Shown here one piece after another: positions 40,620-49,975 of a stretch of 55,373 nucleotides of DNA. The position numbers and the translations under genes were made by a program. The stretch comes from an uncultured bacterium (GTDB lineage: Bacteria > UBP14 > UBA6098 > B30-G16), in the NCBI GenBank assembly GCA_965552135.1, contig CBEVQY010000017.1, positions 1-55,373 on the forward strand. Direction: 5' to 3'. The notes below the pieces were generated by a model. It had not been told where the DNA came from and searched no databases. It saw only the letters and a program-made list of their open reading frames with translations. Every line of letters begins with the position of its first letter. Position 1 is the stretch's first letter.

Positions 40620-41810
40620 ATGTCGTCTTTGGGCGCGAAGAGGGTTTTGGTTGTTTTCGCGCTGGCGTTTGTGCCGCGCGCGATGGTGGCGCTTCTCCCC
40701 GTCGTTCCCGTGTCGGATTGCGCCGTCTATCACCAGGCGGCGCTAACACTTGTCGATGAGGGCAGGCTCGTCTTCGACGAGGGCACGCGCGCCTACAGAA
40801 TGCCCGGATATCCCGCGCTTCTTGCGGCCGTGTATGCCGTCTTCGGAAGGAGTCCACTGTGCGGGCGCGTGTTAAATGCTCTTGCCGGCGCGTTTGCGGT
40901 GGTGCTTGTGTGGCTTTTGGGAAAGGAGCTTGGGCGCCCTAAGGCGGGGTTTGTGGCCGCGCTGCTTCTGGCGCTGTATCCGGAGCACATCCTCTTCACA
41001 AACGCCCTCGTTGGGGAGAGCGTTTTTTCGGCGCTTCTTTTGTGGTGGCTCGTTTGTGTTGTGGGGGATTTCACGTTTCCGCGCGCCGTTGCCTCGGGCG
41101 TTATCGTTGGGGCGATGAGCTACGTTCGCTCCGTTGCGCTTCCGCTGGCGCTTGTGCCCGCTGTCTGGGACAGGCGCCGCTTTGGGAGGTATTTTCTGGC
41201 TTTCGTCGTCGCGGCGGCGATGCTCTCCCCGTGGGCGATTCGGAACTACCGCCTGCTTGGGAAGCCGGTTTTGGCGACGAACTTCTGGACGAACCTGTGG
41301 ATCGGCAACGGCGCCTCCGCCGACGGCGGGTATCAGTTCGATCCCCCACAGGGCATGCCCTCAGGCGAGCTTGAGCGCGAGGCGTTCTTCCGCAAAAGGC
41401 TTTTTTATGACCTTGCGCAGGCTCCCTGGAGACCCTTTGTGCTTCTGCCTGCGAAGGCGGCGCACTTCATTCTGCCGGCGTTTACCGCGCCGGTTTGGGG
41501 GTTGGCGGGGGTAGTGTACAAAGGGGATCCGCCGAGGATAACGTCTCTTCCGCGGCGCCTGCTTGGGGGCGAGCTGGAGTATCTTCCTTTGTTTCTGCTT
41601 GGCGCAGCGCTTTCGCTTTTGAACTTGGCGGCTTTGGGCGCCTTCGTCGTTGCGGCTGCGCGCAGGAGGATACCAAAGCCCCTTTGGGTCGTGCCGCTCT
41701 ATTTCCTCGTCGTCGCCCTCGTCTTCTTCGGAAACGACCGCTTTCGGTTCCCCAGCTTGCCCATTATATTGCTTGGAGCAACCTTGGGTTTCACAAAGGA
41801 AGGCAGGTGA
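40620..41810 (+). CDS. GT-C fold membrane glycosyltransferase (ArnT/PMT/GT39-like)
   Basis: Many transmembrane helices, SD..YH, AYRMPGYP, ALLLALYP, GESVF, PWAIRNY, RFRFP. Confidence 0.8.
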   Translation: MSSLGAKRVLVVFALAFVPRAMVALLPVVPVSDCAVYHQAALTLVDEGRLVFDEGTRAYRMPGYPALLAAVYAVFGRSPLCGRVLNALAGAFAVVLVWLLGKELGRPKAGFVAALLLALYPEHILFTNALVGESVFSALLLWWLVCVVGDFTFPRAVASGVIVGAMSYVRSVALPLALVPAVWDRRRFGRYFLAFVVAAAMLSPWAIRNYRLLGKPVLATNFWTNLWIGNGASADGGYQFDPPQGMPSGELEREAFFRKRLFYDLAQAPWRPFVLLPAKAAHFILPAFTAPVWGLAGVVYKGDPPRITSLPRRLLGGELEYLPLFLLGAALSLLNLAALGAFVVAAARRRIPKPLWVVPLYFLVVALVFFGNDRFRFPSLPIILLGATLGFTKEGR

Positions 41811-44800
41811 TGGTCGTCGTCGTGATTGCCGCGGCTTTCGCCCCGCTTTTCGGAGGCGTTGTCGAGGTTGACCTTTCGTTTTCGGCAGGGGATTTCGCCT
41901 TACTCAGGGAGGGTGATTTCGTCCGCGTCGTTTCGGCGGAGTGCGTTCCCTGGGGCGAGGTGGGCTCTCCGGAGGTTCTGGCGAAGGCGCTCAACGTCCT
42001 TCTTCCGCCCGGCGCGGCTGTGGAGAGCGTTTCCGTCGAGGGCGAGTCGTACGGCGTTCTGGCGGATGGGGTCGTTCTTGCGCCGCACGCGCCGCCCGTG
42101 ATAAGACCCACGCCCGCTTTTGCGCAAAAGCCCCCGCAGGTCGAGCCGAACCCAGAGGTCTACTCGAGGGATGAGTGGCTCCCTGAGGAGTCGGTTCTCT
42201 TGTGCGGCGGGGGATCCCTGGCGGGATACTCGCTTGCCGGCGTCCTCGTTTTCCCCATAAGGTACAACCCCACGAGGGGGGTGGTGGAGTATCTGCGCGG
42301 TGCGCGGTTGCGCGTGTGGTACAGGGATGGCGCTGCGCAAGGTCCCGAGGTCAGGTCGCCCAGGGGAGAGGCGCTGTGGCGAAGGGTGGTCCTGCGAACC
42401 GTCGCGAACCCTGAACTCCTCAAGCTCTACGATGGCTTATGGACCGTTGATCCCGGCGTTAGGGACTATGCGGTTTTTGCGCCGATGTCTTTGGCTTCAA
42501 GCGGGGCTATGGCTTCGTTCAGGCTTTCCCTGCGCAGGCAGGGTTGGAACGACACACTGGTTTTTCTGGAGGACCTCGGCGGCTCGCCTGGGGCTGATTT
42601 CGCGGAGCGGCTCAGGCTCGCGCTTTCGGACTTCTTCCACAGCGGCGGCGCCGCGGCGGTCGTCGTGGGGGATGACGGAGCCGCACCCATACGGCACGCC
42701 TTCGCCATGGACTGCGGGGCGGGCTTCACCCCCGACGAAAACGACATCCCGTGCGACCTGTACTTCTCCGCCCTCGACGGCAACTGGAACGCCGACGGCG
42801 ACACCGCCTTCGGCGAAGTTACCGACTCCGTCGACCTGTATCCCGACATAATCTTCGGGCGCATTTCGGTTGGCGATGCCGGGGAGTTCGGGGCGTGGGT
42901 GGAAAAATACCTTGCCTACGTCTGCGACCCTCCGGCGGACTTCGGCGGAGAGGCGCTCCTTCTGGGAGAGGTCCTCTGGGAGGATCCCTTCACCGATGCC
43001 GGCATCGGCAAGGACATTGTGGCATCCCGGGCGTTTCCCACGTGCCTTGAGGTCACAAGGCTCTACGAGACGCTGGGCAACGAGAACCTGGCTTCGGTGA
43101 CGGATGCGTTCAACGAGGGCTACGCCGTCGTCAACCACGACGGGCACGCGTTTTACTCGGTGCTTGGCGTTGGCGGCGAATACTTCACCATCGACGATGC
43201 CGATGCCCTCTTCAACTTCCCCCGCTGCGGCATAATGTACTCCATCGGTTGCTGGCCGGCGGCGTTCGACTACGACTGCATCGCCGAGCACTTCATCTCC
43301 AACCCCAGCGGCGGCTTCGTCGCCTTCGTCGGGAACTCGCGCTACGGCTGGGGCTCCCCGGGGAACCCCGGATACGGCTACTCCGACTACTTCGACCGCG
43401 CCTTCTGGGAGGAGATCTTCGGCGGTGTTGCGTCTCTGGGCGCTGCGCTTGCGGCGGTCAAGGCGCGGTTCGCGCCGTTCGCGAAGTGGGAGAACGTCTG
43501 GCGCTGGAACGAGTATGAGATAAACGTTTTGGGCGAGCCCGGGATGGTGGTTTGGCAGTGTGAGCCCGAGGCGGCAAGCTACGAGCTTCCGCGCTCCGTT
43601 CGCTCTCGTGGCGCCGCCGTTTCGGTTGCGTCGCCGGGGGAGGTTTCGGTTTCGGCGCTCCAGGGCGGTGAGCTTCTGACCCGCGGCGTCGGAAGGGGCA
43701 GGGTGGAGCTTTGGCTCGAAGCCGAGCCCGGACTGCCGCTCGAGATCTCGATCCTAAGCTGCGACGGCAAGGCAAGGCTTTTTGTGGACACGATAGAGGT
43801 CGTCGGCGACGGTCCTTGTCTGACGCTTGGCGCACCATTTGTCGGCAGCGTCGTTGCACCGGGGGAGACGGTCGATGTGTCGTTCCCACTCGAAAACTGC
43901 GGTGAGGAGCCCTGCGAGGTCAGATGTCTCCCATCCGTTGAGCTCGGTGGGTTTGTGGTCGATTTCGACAGCTCTGCGGTCGTGATCGAGCCCGACAGCC
44001 AGCGCACACTCTCGGCGACCATAGGCGTAAACGGCGATATGGCTTTCGGCGACCTTGTGATCGGCAGGTTGGGTTGCGTCTGCGGTGGCGATACCATCCC
44101 CCTCTCATTCTCCATCGCCGTCGACGCGCCGAGGCTTTCGGTGAAGGAGCTGCGCCTTTGGGGGACCCACAGCGGCGATGCCGCAAGGGCGGGGGAGTCG
44201 TACACGCTTTTCGCTCTGATCTCCAAGCCCGAGGGCTCGCACGACATCTCGGGGACGGTCCGCATATCCTCCCCCTCGGACTTTTTGGACGTCGATACGA
44301 CCCTGGACTTCGGTTTTTCGGGCTCCGACACGGCGACTGCGGGCGGCGCGCGTTTGGTCGTCTCCTCGTTTTGCCCTGAGCCTGCGGCGCTGCCCGTGAC
44401 GTTCTCGTTCAACAACGGCGATGTAGATACGTTCTGGCTTTCGGTGGGCGGCGGAGCCTTCTTCGACGACTGCGAATCTGACCCCGCCTTTTCGGGAAGC
44501 GGGGAGTGGCGCCAGACCTCAGACGATTTCCGCAGCGCCTCCCATTCGTACCGTTGCGCCGGCGCCTCGGGCACCTACGGCGACGGTGACGACGACCTGC
44601 TCGTAAGCGAACCCTTCGTCGTCGGCGAGGACGCTGAGCTTTCGTTCTGGATGAGATACGAGCTTCCGACGTTGGAGTTCGACTACGGCTGCGACGGGCT
44701 TTACATCTACGTCTGCGACCTTGATGCCGACACCGTGATCCAGCTCGACTACATAGGCGGCGGCGGCGCGCTGCCACTGCTTGGCTTTGAGGTCGGCTGG

Positions 44801-45211
44801 TCGGAGTGGCGGTACAAGCTCCCCGTAAGGCCGGGGACAACAGTGCAGATCGAGTTCCGCTTCGTGTCCGATTTCGGCGATGCTGCCGAGGGCTTCTTCA
44901 TCGACGATATCGGCGTCTTCTGGCAGCCGACTGTGGTCGAAAGCGTTCACACCGGCGTGGACGAGGTTTCTGCGCCAAAGAGGCTTTCGCTTTCGGTTTT
45001 CCCCAACCCGTTCAACGGGGCTTGCAGGATATCGGTCGAGGGCGCCGAGGCGGTTTTGGTTCTTGACCTTTCCGGGCGCGTTGTCGAAAGGATTGATCCT
45101 GCGGGCGGCGAAGCCGTCTGGCTGCCCAAGGGAGCCCAAAGCGGGGTGTACCTCATCGTTGCCCAGACCAAGGACGCCAGGGTGGCTAAGAAGGTTTATC
45201 TTTTGAGGTAA
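41810..45211 (+). CDS. Gingipain-like C25 cysteine peptidase with propeptide and T9SS C-terminal domain
   Basis: C25 propeptide (GSPEV...LLPPG), CDLYFSALDG, DIIFGRIS, catalytic-region NHDGH and SIGCW, GNSRYGW, NVLGEP, adhesin-like domain, FPNPFN...SGVY...KKVYLLR. The ATG at 41810 overlaps the upstream TGA. Confidence 0.88.
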   Translation: MVVVVIAAAFAPLFGGVVEVDLSFSAGDFALLREGDFVRVVSAECVPWGEVGSPEVLAKALNVLLPPGAAVESVSVEGESYGVLADGVVLAPHAPPVIRPTPAFAQKPPQVEPNPEVYSRDEWLPEESVLLCGGGSLAGYSLAGVLVFPIRYNPTRGVVEYLRGARLRVWYRDGAAQGPEVRSPRGEALWRRVVLRTVANPELLKLYDGLWTVDPGVRDYAVFAPMSLASSGAMASFRLSLRRQGWNDTLVFLEDLGGSPGADFAERLRLALSDFFHSGGAAAVVVGDDGAAPIRHAFAMDCGAGFTPDENDIPCDLYFSALDGNWNADGDTAFGEVTDSVDLYPDIIFGRISVGDAGEFGAWVEKYLAYVCDPPADFGGEALLLGEVLWEDPFTDAGIGKDIVASRAFPTCLEVTRLYETLGNENLASVTDAFNEGYAVVNHDGHAFYSVLGVGGEYFTIDDADALFNFPRCGIMYSIGCWPAAFDYDCIAEHFISNPSGGFVAFVGNSRYGWGSPGNPGYGYSDYFDRAFWEEIFGGVASLGAALAAVKARFAPFAKWENVWRWNEYEINVLGEPGMVVWQCEPEAASYELPRSVRSRGAAVSVASPGEVSVSALQGGELLTRGVGRGRVELWLEAEPGLPLEISILSCDGKARLFVDTIEVVGDGPCLTLGAPFVGSVVAPGETVDVSFPLENCGEEPCEVRCLPSVELGGFVVDFDSSAVVIEPDSQRTLSATIGVNGDMAFGDLVIGRLGCVCGGDTIPLSFSIAVDAPRLSVKELRLWGTHSGDAARAGESYTLFALISKPEGSHDISGTVRISSPSDFLDVDTTLDFGFSGSDTATAGGARLVVSSFCPEPAALPVTFSFNNGDVDTFWLSVGGGAFFDDCESDPAFSGSGEWRQTSDDFRSASHSYRCAGASGTYGDGDDDLLVSEPFVVGEDAELSFWMRYELPTLEFDYGCDGLYIYVCDLDADTVIQLDYIGGGGALPLLGFEVGWSEWRYKLPVRPGTTVQIEFRFVSDFGDAAEGFFIDDIGVFWQPTVVESVHTGVDEVSAPKRLSLSVFPNPFNGACRISVEGAEAVLVLDLSGRVVERIDPAGGEAVWLPKGAQSGVYLIVAQTKDARVAKKVYLLR

Positions 45212-45227
45212 GCGCGGGAGGAGTGCT

Positions 45228-45800
45228 ATGTTCGTCGTTGCGATGTTTGTTGTTTTGCTTTTGCTCGCCGCCTTTGCGGTTCTGGTGGTTGCTTTTATCG
45301 TCATCTACAACCGCCTCGTGAGGTTGCGCAACACGGTTGATCAGGCCTGGAGCGACGTTGAGGTTCAGCTTCAGCGGCGGTATGATCTTATCCCCAACCT
45401 CGTCGAGACGGTGAAGGGCTATGCCGCCCACGAGCGGGAGACTTTGGAGCAGGTTGTTCGCGCCAGGCAGCAGGCGATACAGATCAAAGGCGATGTCGCC
45501 AGGAAAGCCGAGGCAGAGAACATGCTCACGCAGGCGCTGCGGCAGCTTTTCGCGCTCGCCGAGGCTTATCCCAACCTCAAGGCGAACGAAAACTTCCTCG
45601 ATCTGCAGAGGCAGCTTGCCGAAATCGAGGAGAACATCCAGCTTGCGCGCAGGTACTACAACGCCGTCGTCAGGGACAACAACAACGCCGTGCAGATGTT
45701 CCCCTCCAACATCGTCGCCAAGATGTTCGGCTTTGGTCTTCGCGACTACTTTGAGCTTGAGGAGGCGGAGGCGCGCCGCGCTCCGGAGGTGAGGTTCTGA
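45228..45800 (+). CDS. lemA: LemA family protein
   Basis: YNRLV, QLQRRYDLIPNLVETVKGYAAHE, AEAYPNLKAN, ARRYYN, FPSN. Confidence 0.96.
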   Translation: MFVVAMFVVLLLLAAFAVLVVAFIVIYNRLVRLRNTVDQAWSDVEVQLQRRYDLIPNLVETVKGYAAHERETLEQVVRARQQAIQIKGDVARKAEAENMLTQALRQLFALAEAYPNLKANENFLDLQRQLAEIEENIQLARRYYNAVVRDNNNAVQMFPSNIVAKMFGFGLRDYFELEEAEARRAPEVRF

Positions 45801-45892
45801 TGCTTTCGCGAAGCTCGCCCGCGGCGCTGTAGCCGAAAATCCTTTGCGCACGCTTGATGCGTCATAGGTGTTGGATGGGTGGAGGTTCCGCT

Positions 45893-46870
45893 GTGATCGC
45901 AGCCGCCCTGACCGAGGGGTTTGTCCTTGGGCTTTCGGTGGGTTTGACCTGCTTGGTTACGTGTGGTCCCGTCTTTTTCGCTTTTGCCCTGCGGCGGGAG
46001 CGCACGCTCGGGCAGTCGTTTTCGGTTTTCGGTCAGATCCTTTTGGGGCGCTTTTTCGGCTACGCGATCTTCGGCGCCGCGGCGGGGGCGCTGGGCGGGA
46101 TGATACCCGAGAGCGTGCGCGCACCCATCTCCTTTGCGGCGTTTGTGGCGCTTGGGGGGATAATGATTTACTACGGCATCCGCGGGGAGCGGGTGGGCAC
46201 GTGCCCCAAACGGAGCGCGGGAAGGTACATCGCGCATCCGGTTTTGTTGGGATTCGTCACGGGGCTTGAGATCTGCCCGCCCTTTTTGCTCGCGCTTGCG
46301 CGCGCAGCATCGCTTGGCGGACCTGTTGCAGGCGCAGCGCTTTTTGTCGGCTTCTTCGCGGGAACGTCGATCTACATCCTGCCCATCGCGTTCTTCGGGG
46401 TAGCCTCGTCGGTCAGGGGCTTTAGGGTGTTCGCCGCCGTGCTTGCGGTGGCTGTTGGGCTTTGGTTTTTGGCGCAGGGGGCAAGTGGGCTTGTTCTGCA
46501 CTTCGCCAGGGCTTCGCCGGAGCGGGATTTCGTCGTCGTTGGCGTTGGCGATGCGCCCGAGGTGGTCGTCGTAAGCGACGACGCCTGGGGCGATACACTC
46601 CTTGCGGCGCTTGACGTGCGGAAGGACGCAAAGACCTCGGTGCTTGCCCCAACGTCCGCGGAATCCCTGGCGCAAAGCGCCGATACCGCGTGTTTCGTCG
46701 TGTGGCTCTCTGCCTCCGAGCCGCCCGAGGGGCTCTACAAAAGGCTTTCTGTCGTCAGGTTCCGCGGTGAACCAAGCAGGCAAACGCTGTTGCGCTTCGC
46801 GGAGTTCCTGAATACTTATTACTTCAAAAGGAGGGGTGAGGGCTTTTTGTACGACTGGAGGCTCGATTGA
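45893..46870 (+). CDS. DsbD_2 / TauE-SafE-like membrane protein with a C-terminal soluble extension
   Basis: CLVTCGP, GRFFGY...GALG, GLEICPP, FFAGT, about 6 transmembrane helices. Start taken as the GTG at 45893, after GGAGG. Confidence 0.7.
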   Translation: MIAAALTEGFVLGLSVGLTCLVTCGPVFFAFALRRERTLGQSFSVFGQILLGRFFGYAIFGAAAGALGGMIPESVRAPISFAAFVALGGIMIYYGIRGERVGTCPKRSAGRYIAHPVLLGFVTGLEICPPFLLALARAASLGGPVAGAALFVGFFAGTSIYILPIAFFGVASSVRGFRVFAAVLAVAVGLWFLAQGASGLVLHFARASPERDFVVVGVGDAPEVVVVSDDAWGDTLLAALDVRKDAKTSVLAPTSAESLAQSADTACFVVWLSASEPPEGLYKRLSVVRFRGEPSRQTLLRFAEFLNTYYFKRRGEGFLYDWRLD

Positions 46871-48072
46871 GGCGCAGGGTGGTAAGATATCGTCGTCCGA
46901 GGCGCTCGCTTGGGTGGCTTTGGGCGCTTTTGGCTGCTTTGGCGCTGGTTTTGGTTGGTGTGGTTATCATCGTCCGTGTGTCGGGAGGTGCATCCTCGGG
47001 CGAGTCTGAGGCGCAGGGTCAGGCTCCGCAAAAGCGCGACTTTGTGGATAGGCTGAGCGGCGCTATCCGGCAGGCGCTGCTCGACCTCGGCGTGGGCGAA
47101 GACGACGTCGTCTGGCGAAAGGGCGAAGAGATGCCCCAGATCCCCGGCGTCTACGTGTCGAACGTCTCGGCGAAGGTGAGCTCCGCTTTCCCCATGGCTT
47201 TTGTCAACTACGTCTTCCAGCGCCTTGCCGCTGACTCCGGTGGATGCGTCATCGACTGCATCGAAAAGCGAGCCGGAAGGGAGGTTCTCCTCGTCCTCGG
47301 ATACGGCGAGATAGAGACGCATAGGGTAAGGATTCGGCGCACCTCCGCCCTGCAGCCAAAGCCCGCCTACGTGGCGCTCCTTATAGACGATTTCGGCTAC
47401 TATCCCGTTCCCGTGGCGAGGAGGTTTTTCGGGCTTAAGGTGCAGTTTACCGCGTCGGTTTTGCCGAACGGCAAGTTCACGCGCTATGTTCTTGCGGACC
47501 TTAAGAAGGCTTCGCACGTGGAGCGGATGGTCCACCTTCCGATGGAGCCGAGGTCGTATCCCCAGGCGGACCCGGGAGAGGGTGCGATATTCGTCAGCCT
47601 CGACGACCGCGAGGTTGCCAGGCGCACCCGCGCTGCGATAGATGCCATCCCCGGCGCCGTTGGCGTGAACAACCACATGGGCTCGAGGGCGACCGAGAAC
47701 AGCCGCGTGATGTATCAGGTTCTCAGGGTGGTTCGCGACGCCGGGCTTTTTTGGGTCGATTCGCGGACGACGCCCTACAGCGTTGCGGAGGATATAGCCG
47801 AAAAGATGGGCGTCCCCGCGACCCACATAGACCACAGGATCGACCCGCCGGGCTTTACGCCGCAGCAGATGGAACAGAGGCTTTGGCGCTATTGCCTCGA
47901 GGCGCGGCGGGCGCCGGCTGTGATCATAAACTGCCACGCCTGCGACACAACCTTCGAGGTCCTCGCGAGGTGCATCCCCGCGCTCAGGCGCTACGGCGTG
48001 GAGTTCGTGACGGTCTCCGAGGCGTTTCGGATGAAGCTCGATGCCGCAGCCAAGGGACACAAGACTTTATAG
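46867..48072 (+). CDS. Divergent polysaccharide deacetylase (YibQ/DUF610 family)
   Basis: N-terminal anchor, LLIDDFG, HLPMEP, GVNNHMGS, FWVDSRT. Confidence 0.9.
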   Translation: MRRRVVRYRRPRRSLGWLWALLAALALVLVGVVIIVRVSGGASSGESEAQGQAPQKRDFVDRLSGAIRQALLDLGVGEDDVVWRKGEEMPQIPGVYVSNVSAKVSSAFPMAFVNYVFQRLAADSGGCVIDCIEKRAGREVLLVLGYGEIETHRVRIRRTSALQPKPAYVALLIDDFGYYPVPVARRFFGLKVQFTASVLPNGKFTRYVLADLKKASHVERMVHLPMEPRSYPQADPGEGAIFVSLDDREVARRTRAAIDAIPGAVGVNNHMGSRATENSRVMYQVLRVVRDAGLFWVDSRTTPYSVAEDIAEKMGVPATHIDHRIDPPGFTPQQMEQRLWRYCLEARRAPAVIINCHACDTTFEVLARCIPALRRYGVEFVTVSEAFRMKLDAAAKGHKTL

Positions 48073-48568
48073 GCTACTTTCGCGCGAGCTTATTGAGCTT
48101 TGGGAGCGCATAGAGCCGCCTTTGGACAGGCTTTCCGGCGAGCCATTGAGCCTGAGCCGCCGCCAGGTGACCGAGATCGTTTTGCGGCGCTGCGCCGAAG
48201 TGCTCGAGCGAAGCGGATGCGTCACCAACGTCAAAAGGCTCGGCGATGAACTCATATACCGCGAAGCTCAGGCACCCACCGCAATAGGCAACGGAATAGC
48301 GATCCCTCACGTCCGATCGAAGAACGTGAAGGAGCTTGTTATGTGCTTTCTGCGCTATCCCGAGGGGGCAGAGATGCTATCCCTCGATGGGGAACCCGTC
48401 TTCCTCGTGTTCGGTATCGTCACATCGTACTACGAAAGCGACGTCGCGTATCAACGGGTCTACAGGAAGCTTCTGTCCATCCTCCGCGACGTTCCGTCGG
48501 TCTACGACGAGCTTATGGAGGTGACTGATCCGGGCGAGGTTCTGCGGATACTAAGGCGCTGGGAGTAG
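48041..48568 (+). CDS. PTS IIA domain protein (PtsN/fructose-mannitol type)
   Basis: REAQAPTAIGNGIAIPHVRS with the phospho-acceptor His, SLDGEPV. Confidence 0.85.
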   Translation: MPQPRDTRLYRLLSRELIELWERIEPPLDRLSGEPLSLSRRQVTEIVLRRCAEVLERSGCVTNVKRLGDELIYREAQAPTAIGNGIAIPHVRSKNVKELVMCFLRYPEGAEMLSLDGEPVFLVFGIVTSYYESDVAYQRVYRKLLSILRDVPSVYDELMEVTDPGEVLRILRRWE

Positions 48569-48571
48569 CAG

Positions 48572-49975
48572 GTGGAGCTTTGGCGCAAAAGCCTCGGGTA
48601 TGCCCTCGGCAGGGGATTCGCCTCCCTTGTTGTCCTTATCATCATGCCGATACTCACAAGGCTTATGCCTCCCGACGAGTTCGGTCTTTGGCAGGCTTTG
48701 GCGTTTTGGGCGGCTTTGGTCGCCGTGGTGGTTCAGCTTGGAAGCGACCAGGCGCTCTTCAGGTTCTACATAACGGGCGCAGGCGAAAGGGGCAGGTTTT
48801 TGTTCGCCGCATTCGCATTCTGGGCTTTCGCCTCGAGCGCTTTGGTTCTGGTCGTATTTGCGGCGAGGGGGTTTCTTGCGCGTCTGCTCTTCGGCGCGCC
48901 TGAGCTTGGCTGGCTTGTCTTCGGAACGGCTTTGTGGGGTGTGTCCGATGCACTTTTCCAGCTTGTGGGGGCGTTTTTCCAGGCGCAGGAGCGCGTTGGT
49001 GCGTTCGTCGCCTGTGACATCGCCAGAGCGACTATGGGCTACGGCCTTGCGCTTCTGCTTTTGGCGAGGGGTCTTGGCGTTTTCGGCGTTGTTGCCTCGT
49101 GGGTTGCGGCGGGATTTGCCGTGGCGTTCGCCGTGGCGCCCGAGATCCTCAGGCGCTGGCAGGCAAACTTAGACCGACGCGTCTTCGCGCCAATGGTCAG
49201 GTACGGCTTCCCGCTTGCGGTCAACATGCTTGCGGTGCGGGTTTTCTCTTTTGCCGACAGGTGGCTTTTGGCGCGTCTCGGCAGTCTTTCCGCGGCGGGT
49301 GCGTACTCCGCCGCCGTGCGAATCGCGGGCGTGGTGGCGATGGTCCTTGTGCCTGTGCGGTATGCCTGGACGGCGAGGATGTTCCACATGTACAAAAGCG
49401 GCACTCTGCGCGCTCAGCTCCCGCACCTTTGGCGACAGCTTGCCGGAGGGATGGCGGTCGTCGCGTCGGCTGTGGCGATTCTTTCGCGCGAGTTCTTCTC
49501 GCTTATGGTGGGTCCGGGGTACGAGGTGGGCGCCAGGGTCGTTCCGATAATCGCCGCGGCGTTCTTCATCGACGCACTCGTGCTCATAGCCGACGCGGGG
49601 GTATACGTCACGGGCAGAACCGTTATCATACCTGTGTACACCGCCTTCGCCGCGGCGGCGAACATCGCCCTGAACGTGATCCTGATTCCCCGCTACGGCG
49701 TTTTCGGCGCCGCTTTCGCCTCAGTTGTGGCGTATGCGCTCCTTCTTTTCCTGCTTTGGCGCGCGGGGCAGATGCTCTTCCCCGTCGATGTGCCGTATGC
49801 GGCGGTGTTTGCGGCGTGTTTGGCTGTGGTCGCGTCGGTCGTTGTGGCGCTGCAGGTGGAGGGTGTCGTCCCAAGGTGCGTCGCCTTCGCCGTCATCGCC
49901 GCCGCGACAACGGTGGCGTGCAGAATCGACAGAGATGTAGCCAAAGCCCTGAAAGGAGGTGGCGATGGTCGATGA
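48572..49975 (+). CDS. Oligosaccharide flippase (Wzx/MOP superfamily)
   Basis: PILTRLMPPDEFG, RYGFPL, ADRWLL, AGAYSAA, NIALNVILIPRYGVFGAA. About 12-14 transmembrane helices. Confidence 0.88.
   Translation: MELWRKSLGYALGRGFASLVVLIIMPILTRLMPPDEFGLWQALAFWAALVAVVVQLGSDQALFRFYITGAGERGRFLFAAFAFWAFASSALVLVVFAARGFLARLLFGAPELGWLVFGTALWGVSDALFQLVGAFFQAQERVGAFVACDIARATMGYGLALLLLARGLGVFGVVASWVAAGFAVAFAVAPEILRRWQANLDRRVFAPMVRYGFPLAVNMLAVRVFSFADRWLLARLGSLSAAGAYSAAVRIAGVVAMVLVPVRYAWTARMFHMYKSGTLRAQLPHLWRQLAGGMAVVASAVAILSREFFSLMVGPGYEVGARVVPIIAAAFFIDALVLIADAGVYVTGRTVIIPVYTAFAAAANIALNVILIPRYGVFGAAFASVVAYALLLFLLWRAGQMLFPVDVPYAAVFAACLAVVASVVVALQVEGVVPRCVAFAVIAAATTVACRIDRDVAKALKGGGDGR

Noticed and set aside
41810..45211. 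C25 protein as the T9SS sortase PorU
   Set aside because: It has a gingipain-type propeptide and an adhesin-like domain, so a secreted gingipain-like protease is more parsimonious. A phylogeny is needed to exclude PorU fully.
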